Virus record (IMG/VR): IMGVR_UViG_3300037242_000028
From: an uncultured virus (IMG/VR IMGVR_UViG_3300037242_000028)
Lineage: Duplodnaviria > Heunggongvirae > Uroviricota > Caudoviricetes
DNA: 64,000 nucleotides
Reading direction: 5' to 3' (one strand)
The notes beneath the pieces are model-generated. The model saw nothing but the letters and a program-made list of their open reading frames with translations, did no database searches and was not told the origin of the DNA. Of this stretch, positions 56,932-64,000 are shown piece by piece. Numbering within the stretch: the first letter of the stretch is position 1; each line of letters begins with the position of its first letter. A program made the translations under genes and the position numbers.

Positions 56932-57771
56932 TTACGGGAGCACCACTTCGCCGACCAACGTGAAGTTGATCTGCGTCATGTGGGGGTCGGGCACGGATGG
57001 CGCGGCGATGGTCAGCACGTCGCCCGCGTGGAATGTGATCGCAGTCGGGAACGTGAATGACGCGCTGTCGGTCGGCGACTCGTGGAAGTTGATGCTGCCG
57101 ACGTTCGCGCCATTCTGGTAAATCTCGTACACTTGAGTGCCGGTGCCCCGAGTCCCCATGCTGCCCATCGAACCCGCCAGTCCGACCGGGAATTGCGTGC
57201 TCTCGACGAACTGATAACGGACCACGACTTCGAGCGGGTCCGGTGGCTCCTCGATGTAGACGCCGATGGGGCGGTTGATGTAGGCCCACGCCACGCCGCC
57301 GGGGCTGTCGTTCGCGGTCCATTGCAGGAATTGCCCGGGCAGGCCGTCGTCGGGAAGCTCGTTCGGCGGAGCCGCGAGCAAGAGGCCATAGTAGTTGTGG
57401 CCTAAGCCGTCATTCGCTGCCGCGTAGAAGGTTGCGCCGGAATTGATTTGCCCGTAGATAACAAGATAGACCGCTCCGTCTGCGGTGAACACGTCATTGA
57501 TGGCGTAAGCGTTATTTGGTGCCCACGCTCCCCGGAAATTCCACACCGAAGTCGGGATCGTGAAGGGACCGAAAACGTAGTGGTCCGTCATCGTGATCCA
57601 CATATTGTTGCCGGTCACCGTGAAGTAGGAAATCGTGTCCGGCTCGGCGTCTTGAAGGGCTTGGATCAGGCTGTAGAGTATCCAAAAGTTCGTATCGACC
57701 TGAGCGCCCGTCAGGTCAGCCCCGAGGCCCGGGCCCCACGGGCCCGCAGTGCGGTAAATGATGTCGCTCAT
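56932..57771 (-). CDS. virion structural / tail protein
   Basis: LT.AQVD.NF and RGAW...AY..ND motifs, C-terminal beta sandwich. Confidence 0.65.
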   Translation of the reverse strand: MSDIIYRTAGPWGPGLGADLTGAQVDTNFWILYSLIQALQDAEPDTISYFTVTGNNMWITMTDHYVFGPFTIPTSVWNFRGAWAPNNAYAINDVFTADGAVYLVIYGQINSGATFYAAANDGLGHNYYGLLLAAPPNELPDDGLPGQFLQWTANDSPGGVAWAYINRPIGVYIEEPPDPLEVVVRYQFVESTQFPVGLAGSMGSMGTRGTGTQVYEIYQNGANVGSINFHESPTDSASFTFPTAITFHAGDVLTIAAPSVPDPHMTQINFTLVGEVVLP

Positions 57772-57819
57772 GGCAATTCTCCGGGAGAGTTGATCCTGTA
57801 GCTTATATTAACCATATGG

Positions 57820-59697
57820 TCAAGCCGGGGGTGGTGGCGTCTCGCTTGCCCATGTGACCGGCTGAGTGCCGTTATTTACGACTGGCGAGACATCCCACAC
57901 CGAGGGGTCAAGCTGCCCCACGGCAATCGTCGGGACCGTCTCGCATAGCTCCATGACGGCGGGGACGATCCACCCGTTTGAGAATTGTTGCGCGGTCGCC
58001 ACCGTGCTGCCCCCATAGGGCTTCGCCCAATTCCACCCGGGCGGCGGGATGAGTGTACCGACGAGGCCTGTCTCCGAATTGACATTCCCAAATAGATTTT
58101 GGATCGCGTTCGCCACTGCATTCCAGTTATCGGCAAACTTCTGACAGACTTGTTTCGCCAACGCGAGACCCGGCTGTTGATGTGGGTTCGTGGTCGGGTC
58201 CCAATCGGGAGGGGGCGTCCCCGGCGGCGATCCCGGCGGCGGCGTTGTGTTTGTCAATCCCGGTTGTTGGATACCCGTTAGCTCCCACACATTCGGCATC
58301 GGTCCGCCGTAGTTGGTGTAAGCCTTTTCAAGTCCAAATTTTGTCGCGTACTTGAGGAGTTCGGCCGCAGTCGGCGCAGTCAAATCAAACGCTCCGTATG
58401 GCGTGTAGTAGGGATCGAGCGTGACAATAAAAGACGGTAACCCGGCAACCGCCACCCCCGTTACTGCGGTGTTCGCGACGCCCCACCCTCCATCCGGGGT
58501 GCCAACACCCATCCAAGAGAGTCCGTCTTGATCTAACGCGGCGGTAGCAAGATTGTCCGCGCCGTAAGTTCCAAGTGGGATAAAAGAATAGTTCACCGCC
58601 AAAATATACGTCACCGAGAAATAAGGAAGGGCGGTGAAGCCGCTATAGCCCCACCCTCCTAAGTACGCGAAGGCTTCGGAAGGTCCGCCGGGTCTAAAGT
58701 AGGAAAGATCGAGCGGCTGTTGCACCGGGCTGAGATACCAAAACCAAACATTGTCTACTGCCCCGAGCGCGCGTATCCACCAAATCGGCCCCATGTCGAT
58801 TGCTGGAATTGACATTGATGCTTGATTGCCGGGTAAGCCGCTCGCCGTGTATGGCGTCGCGCCGAGGAACGGCCCCCCGGTGTTGTCAGGGAAGTAGACA
58901 TAGACGTTCGGGTCAGTGTTCGGCGGCGGCACTTGCTGACCCGTGCCGGGATCGGTCACGTACTGAGTTAGGTCGAGTGTGTTCGCGCCCGGCGACAGCG
59001 CGCCGTTAAGCACGGTGTCATAGTTGTAGAATTGCAAAACGTGCATGTCGTACCACGGTCCCGAATTCCAGTCAGTGTATCCGGGGGGATCGCCGGGGCC
59101 GCCGAAGTCTGCGGTGGGTATCAGCCACGGCATTCCTAGAGTTTGTAACGGACCTTGTTCAACAAACGCGTCCGTCAGAAGCGTCAACGTATAGTCAGTC
59201 GCTATTTGCTGATTAGCCAGCCCGGGTGTTCCGCTGCCGACTTGGCGCAATAGCTTGACCGCGTGCTGTGCCTTGGTCGATCCATTGGTGGCCCCGACCG
59301 CCAAGCCGCTGCCGGTTGTGTCCGTGATCGCCACGACCGACTTCGGATTGGGAGTCTGACACGCAATGCAAAAATCCGCATTGTTCGGGCCGGTGATCGT
59401 GAACGCGTCACACACTTCCACATCGAAAAACATCGCCGGGTTTGCCGTGCTTGTCACCCGCATCATATGCGAAGCCCGAGTCGATGACTCCTTGCCGGGC
59501 TCACCGTTACCGTCCCCCGTGTTGTCGGTGATGTTGGGCGCGTTGACGTTCGGTTTGGAGATTTTATAGGCAATCTGAAAGTTGTTCGGGAGGGTAAGCG
59601 AAATCGCGTCGAGAACTTCGACATCGGCGTAAAACCGTTCGTCCGCACTCTTGACACGAACGGTGTGCGTTGCGCGGGAATACTGAGACACTGACAT
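57820..59697 (-). CDS. tail-associated structural protein
   Basis: Repeated N-terminal H..RV....F.DVEV.D units, tail-region context. Confidence 0.55.
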   Translation of the reverse strand: MSVSQYSRATHTVRVKSADERFYADVEVLDAISLTLPNNFQIAYKISKPNVNAPNITDNTGDGNGEPGKESSTRASHMMRVTSTANPAMFFDVEVCDAFTITGPNNADFCIACQTPNPKSVVAITDTTGSGLAVGATNGSTKAQHAVKLLRQVGSGTPGLANQQIATDYTLTLLTDAFVEQGPLQTLGMPWLIPTADFGGPGDPPGYTDWNSGPWYDMHVLQFYNYDTVLNGALSPGANTLDLTQYVTDPGTGQQVPPPNTDPNVYVYFPDNTGGPFLGATPYTASGLPGNQASMSIPAIDMGPIWWIRALGAVDNVWFWYLSPVQQPLDLSYFRPGGPSEAFAYLGGWGYSGFTALPYFSVTYILAVNYSFIPLGTYGADNLATAALDQDGLSWMGVGTPDGGWGVANTAVTGVAVAGLPSFIVTLDPYYTPYGAFDLTAPTAAELLKYATKFGLEKAYTNYGGPMPNVWELTGIQQPGLTNTTPPPGSPPGTPPPDWDPTTNPHQQPGLALAKQVCQKFADNWNAVANAIQNLFGNVNSETGLVGTLIPPPGWNWAKPYGGSTVATAQQFSNGWIVPAVMELCETVPTIAVGQLDPSVWDVSPVVNNGTQPVTWASETPPPPA

Positions 59698-59700
59698 TGA

Positions 59701-59955
59701 TTACGCCTTGGGCTTGGACTGCGGATTTTCGATGACGTGCTGAATGACGCCGCTGCTTGAGGGGGCTTCCGTATGAACCGCACCGAGTTTATTTGTCTGC
59801 GTATAACTAAAGTTCCCCGTGAACGTCTGAGTGCCGCCGGTCAAGCCTATCTTCACAAGCGCAGGCACGTTCGGCTGGCCGGTCAAAGGACCATAGGGTT
59901 CCGGGCCAACATCTCGACCTTGAAACGGCTGGACAATCTGTTCCATCGTGGGCAT
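59701..59955 (-). CDS. small tail protein
   Basis: EQIVQPFQ motif, coupled. Confidence 0.55.
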   Translation of the reverse strand: MPTMEQIVQPFQGRDVGPEPYGPLTGQPNVPALVKIGLTGGTQTFTGNFSYTQTNKLGAVHTEAPSSSGVIQHVIENPQSKPKA

Positions 59956-62897
59956 TAGTCATTGTCTCCCGGTGCTGAGAGGTTGACGCCTTGCGGCAGT
60001 TCAAGGGGGCTCACAGTGATGGTGTACGCGCCGAGGAATGGCCCGTTTACGACCGAGTCAATTTCGCAAATCCACCCAATCGGATTGCTTTTCATAAGGT
60101 TCGGTAGGATCGCCGCGTCCACCGCCGCTGTCCACACCGTTGCCGGGCCAACCCCTGTGGTAACGATGGTCTCGCCACCGACGCCGCTTTGCACCGGCGT
60201 GATTGGCTGCGGCGGGTTCAAAATCTTCATGGAAATCAATTCAGCCAAGATACCCGGCTCAAGAGCCGCGTATTGAGTGGGGAGCGTCTCGGTGAAGAAG
60301 CCACCATCGGACGGTAAATCACCGAGCGGGAATTGCAGCCCGTCATCGAACGGCTCGAACACGGCCCCGGTGTACGAAATGTCAGCGTTCGGCGATCCGA
60401 AAGCATTGTAGCCTACCGAACATCCGATTGTAACACTCCCCCGAATTTTGCCTTTACTCGCGGTCATCCCGTACTTGATGACCTTGCCGGTGGCGACGCC
60501 GCCGGGCAGGCGCGGCTCATACAGTGTCGCATTCATTCGGCAGGACATGCCGAGCACCATTTCAATCGGGCACGCCCATGACACTTCTAGAGCGCGCGAG
60601 CGCATCCGAATTTTGGCCCGAGCACGGTTGATCGCGTACTCGATTGACTCTTTCCCGCGTGCGGTTGGGAAGTAGCACCGCGCCGTGACGTTATCCGCCG
60701 TGCCGCCGACCGGGATGCCGGGTACACTGCCGAGAACCGCCATTCCAGCGACCCCCGCCGCTCCCCCTGAAATAATCGTGAAATCGGTGCAATTGATCGA
60801 AGTTAAGACGGCATCGGAGTTAGGATCAAAATAAGGAACGCCGGTGATGGTGAGGGCTGGCGGGAATAGAAGTTGATCGCTCTCGGTGGGCAGAGGACGG
60901 TATTGAACTACGGTGAATTCACCTTCGCCGCCCTCGCCTACATTGGGGACCGCCCCCGCAGAGTCCGATAACGCCGCTCCTGTTGTACCCGCCTCGGCGG
61001 TGCAAATCCAATAGGATGTGCTCGGGGGGACGACATCTTCGAGCGAGCCCGGGCCGCCATTAAAAACTGTATCTGCATAGAGCAAGATCGTACCAACGTC
61101 ATAGTTCGTAGCGAACGCCATTTTCTGAATTTTGGCTTGCGGGTTCTCGCCGAGTGAAACCCACGACCCGGTGCCCGGAGAAATTTCTGCCGTTACCGCC
61201 CCGGGTACATCACTGAAATCGGGCTCAACATTGCCGCCTGTTCCGGGACCAAGGCTAATTTGGTATGCCAGCCCGCCCGGCGTGAGCGGGTTGTTCGGGT
61301 AAATAAGTTGGCCCTTACCGAAATGTTTTCCCCCGGCAAAATCTGACCAAGCGTCATAGATAAGCAACGGCTCGCCGACTTCACCATTCATTTTGATTAG
61401 CGCGGTGTCCTGCTCGACGGTCGGCGATGTGAGGATGGCTTGCGTGTTGGCGGTTACATCGACAAAGATGACTTCGGTGAACTCGCGCTTCGCTTCATAC
61501 TTTAGCTCCCACGAACAGTTCAAGCCCCACAGCGGCACGTAAAGAAGCTTCTCTACTAGCTTTGCTGGTATGTTGGTCGGCGGGATGGAATACGGATCAC
61601 AGAAGCTGCTTTGACCTGTTGTGATGACGGTAGGGATGCCACCACCCGCCGTCCAAACAGGGCCGAGCAACGCGGGCTGGCTTGATGACTCGTTGATCGA
61701 CACGGTGGCGCAATCATAATCGGTAAGAGTGCCGTAGAATTGTGTGTCGGTCGTGATGTTCCACATCGGGGTTTCTTTGATCGTGTAGGGGTCATCAACA
61801 TAGCTCGTCTCGACTGTCCATCCAGCGCCAAGACCCTTGCCCGGCTTCGGCCAGTCGTCAGCGAAGGACCCGCCGGTATAGCTGGCGACGCTCACATCCG
61901 GGCCGTCCACGTAGCCCGTAGTCCGCTGCATCCAATGAACCGTCGTCTGCACTTGCACGTTGGTGAGCGGGGCCTGCCCGATCTTGACTTTCACACTGTC
62001 GTAGATCGCGCTTGGCGGCGACTCGGCGAATACCACAGTGCCATCCTCGCCGACCAGCACGTCGCTTGCTGTCACTTCGAGAGAGCAACGGTCCACATGA
62101 TATAGCGACGACCATCCTTCGAGGATGCTGTCAGGGTTATCCTGTTCCTTTTCCTTTAGGAAAACCGGATCGTAATTCCCGGGGATTTTCAACGTCTCGG
62201 CACACGCCTGTTTCCACTGGATGTAGTTCTCCGAGCGTGCAAGGAATTTGAGTGTGATCTTTTCCGCGAACAGATCATCGGGCACGCCTATAAGTTCGCC
62301 GAAGAATATCGGAACGACGGTGTTGCCATTCGTGTATGGCGGGGGGCCCGACGCTCCGCCGGAAGGGGACGGCGAAGTGCCAAGGTTCGACGACGAGGGG
62401 ATCGGCGGAACGAGAATGATTGTTGCGTCATCGTAGACCTGATAGCCCGGCTGCACATAGCCATCCACGACGTACTCGGGGGTGCCTTCGACAGTTTCAG
62501 GCGCAAGATCGGTTGCGCCGCTCGATCCATAGCCGTTCGGGATATTGGTGAAGTCCCCCGGGCCGCTGAAAGTCCCTTCCGCGTATGGATCAAGGTTCGG
62601 CGGCTGATATGCGAGCCACGCCCATTGATGACGGGTCGCATTAAGGAGACCCGTGTACGGATTTTTGATCGTGACCGATAGTGTCGGAACTTGACCTTCT
62701 TCATGTTGCAAGTTGATTTCGAGAATTTCCTCGTCATTACGAAGCATCGTTTCGTCGAACGTGGTTTGATCCGAGTTCACCCAAGCGAACAGAAATGGCA
62801 AAGCATAGCCGGGCGATGTGGTGCCCATGCCGGTGCCTTCGCCGTCGCCGGGGCTGGCTACTCCGGTGATTTCGGGAGTGGTAAGTTCGTCGGTCAT
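59955..62897 (-). CDS. baseplate hub / central tail protein-like
   Basis: 980-aa acidic beta-rich protein downstream of the tape-measure-like and distal-tail-like genes. Confidence 0.55.
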   Translation of the reverse strand: MTDELTTPEITGVASPGDGEGTGMGTTSPGYALPFLFAWVNSDQTTFDETMLRNDEEILEINLQHEEGQVPTLSVTIKNPYTGLLNATRHQWAWLAYQPPNLDPYAEGTFSGPGDFTNIPNGYGSSGATDLAPETVEGTPEYVVDGYVQPGYQVYDDATIILVPPIPSSSNLGTSPSPSGGASGPPPYTNGNTVVPIFFGELIGVPDDLFAEKITLKFLARSENYIQWKQACAETLKIPGNYDPVFLKEKEQDNPDSILEGWSSLYHVDRCSLEVTASDVLVGEDGTVVFAESPPSAIYDSVKVKIGQAPLTNVQVQTTVHWMQRTTGYVDGPDVSVASYTGGSFADDWPKPGKGLGAGWTVETSYVDDPYTIKETPMWNITTDTQFYGTLTDYDCATVSINESSSQPALLGPVWTAGGGIPTVITTGQSSFCDPYSIPPTNIPAKLVEKLLYVPLWGLNCSWELKYEAKREFTEVIFVDVTANTQAILTSPTVEQDTALIKMNGEVGEPLLIYDAWSDFAGGKHFGKGQLIYPNNPLTPGGLAYQISLGPGTGGNVEPDFSDVPGAVTAEISPGTGSWVSLGENPQAKIQKMAFATNYDVGTILLYADTVFNGGPGSLEDVVPPSTSYWICTAEAGTTGAALSDSAGAVPNVGEGGEGEFTVVQYRPLPTESDQLLFPPALTITGVPYFDPNSDAVLTSINCTDFTIISGGAAGVAGMAVLGSVPGIPVGGTADNVTARCYFPTARGKESIEYAINRARAKIRMRSRALEVSWACPIEMVLGMSCRMNATLYEPRLPGGVATGKVIKYGMTASKGKIRGSVTIGCSVGYNAFGSPNADISYTGAVFEPFDDGLQFPLGDLPSDGGFFTETLPTQYAALEPGILAELISMKILNPPQPITPVQSGVGGETIVTTGVGPATVWTAAVDAAILPNLMKSNPIGWICEIDSVVNGPFLGAYTITVSPLELPQGVNLSAPGDND

Positions 62898-62898
62898 G

Positions 62899-63357
62899 TT
62901 AGATTTCTTCCAACTCTAAAGACCATGTGTTCTCGTTCTTCCATTCCGCGAAGTCCTCGCTCCACGGCTGGACTAACATTACGAGGATGGGCCGGTAGAA
63001 AGTGAAAAGTCCTTGCGTCCAACTTGATCCACTGACTACGGGCCGCGACGGCGAGCCCGAGTTGCCGGTCAGGTAGGCGAGGCTCGCGGCGCATTCGACT
63101 GTGACTTCCATCCCCGGCCAGATGCCGTCGAGAGGGGGCGCGTCAATGTCGGTGCATGTAATCTTGCTCTTGTATTTCCGAAACACCGGGTTGCTTAGAT
63201 CAATGAGCACGCCGTTCACCGACCGCTCTTGGCTGTTGGCCTCGGGGATGACGCTAAGCGTTTGAGTGAGGCCGCGCGCCTGATATTGAAAGCCGCCCAT
63301 TCCAGAAATGGTCAGCAACGTATCGGCATTCGCTGGAAGTACGTTTTCCTGTGTCAT
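62899..63357 (-). CDS. distal-tail-like protein
   Basis: RSVNG.LIDLS and WSLELEEI motifs. Confidence 0.6.
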   Translation of the reverse strand: MTQENVLPANADTLLTISGMGGFQYQARGLTQTLSVIPEANSQERSVNGVLIDLSNPVFRKYKSKITCTDIDAPPLDGIWPGMEVTVECAASLAYLTGNSGSPSRPVVSGSSWTQGLFTFYRPILVMLVQPWSEDFAEWKNENTWSLELEEI

Positions 63358-63363
63358 GGCTTG

Positions 63364-63960
63364 TTATCCTGCGGCCCAACTAGGTTTGCGGCCAGTCGAA
63401 GATGTTTGCTGGCCGATAGCGAACTGCTTAAGCTTTGCCGCGACATTGTCTGGCACTTTCAGGCCGTCGAACGTCTGATCGCCGATGGTCAGGTTCAATA
63501 TCGAGTCTGCCTTCTCAATCGCACCGCCCGCCGCGAAGTAAGGTAGCGAGGAAGTGGGAACCATGCCGCCCATCGCGTACCTCTGCGACGGCATTTGAAT
63601 GTTGTTCATCGCGTGCATGGTGTCCTCGCCGTAGGCGCGCACCGCCGCCGCCCTCATGACGAACTCACCTTTCGAGAGCCGCGCAAGAACGCTGTCGCTT
63701 ACGTCGGTGCCGGGACCGCGAACTACACCATCACAGATACCCCCCTCACAGAAATGAGGTTGTCTCCCCTGCGGTATATTTTTAGAGTCGGCGGGGCACG
63801 GCGGGAAAATTCCAAGAGCGGTAATCATGGCTGCATTCAAATACTGAACGTCCGGTCGAAGCGGATGGGTCTTGATATAATCTTGCAATTTCGCAGGATA
63901 ATACTTCGCGACCATCGCGTTGGTTGCCTGTTGGTCTGGTACGCCGTTCGTCGAGGCCAT
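63364..63960 (-). CDS. protein with a tape-measure C-terminal-like domain
   Basis: GG...VRGPGT..SDSVLARLS.GEFV.RAAAV..YG, YA.GG repeats. Confidence 0.65.
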   Translation of the reverse strand: MASTNGVPDQQATNAMVAKYYPAKLQDYIKTHPLRPDVQYLNAAMITALGIFPPCPADSKNIPQGRQPHFCEGGICDGVVRGPGTDVSDSVLARLSKGEFVMRAAAVRAYGEDTMHAMNNIQMPSQRYAMGGMVPTSSLPYFAAGGAIEKADSILNLTIGDQTFDGLKVPDNVAAKLKQFAIGQQTSSTGRKPSWAAG

Positions 63961-64000
63961 GTGAATTCCGAAACGTGCGGTAGGCTCGACACACCCCTCG

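Noticed and set aside
53379..59697. Diversity-generating retroelement acting on the fibres
   Set aside because: No reverse transcriptase or adenine-mismatched repeat pair was noticed.

Overview
A 64-kb slice of a GC-rich tailed dsDNA phage genome. The host is very probably an alphaproteobacterium: the window has a gapR homologue, an alphaproteobacterial-type tRNA-His and CtrA-like boxes. Contents in order: (1) a 5'-truncated TnpB with a rearranged RuvC site; (2) small accessory genes; (3) an APSE-like replication set (primase-polymerase/SF3 helicase, DUF2800 Cas4-like exonuclease, DUF2815 SSB, family A polymerase, SNF2 helicase, VRR-NUC-like nuclease); (4) a divergent early region with repeated promoters, a candidate sRNA and a Ycf46-like AAA+ module split by a 78-bp direct repeat; (5) nucleotide-metabolism genes; (6) a minus-strand lysis cassette; (7) a minus-strand array of 34 tRNA or tRNA-like genes covering all 20 amino acids, with several non-canonical tRNAs and inserted nuclease genes; (8) a minus-strand glycosylation operon with Gmd, Fcl and five putative glycosyltransferases; (9) tail and fibre genes. 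The best candidate for an undescribed system is the phage-encoded GDP-L-fucose and glycosyltransferase operon attached to the fibre genes, where three unrelated transferases end in a shared R-x-[PK]-G-V-[KR]-A tail. All calls come from reading motifs by eye. No searches or counts were run.
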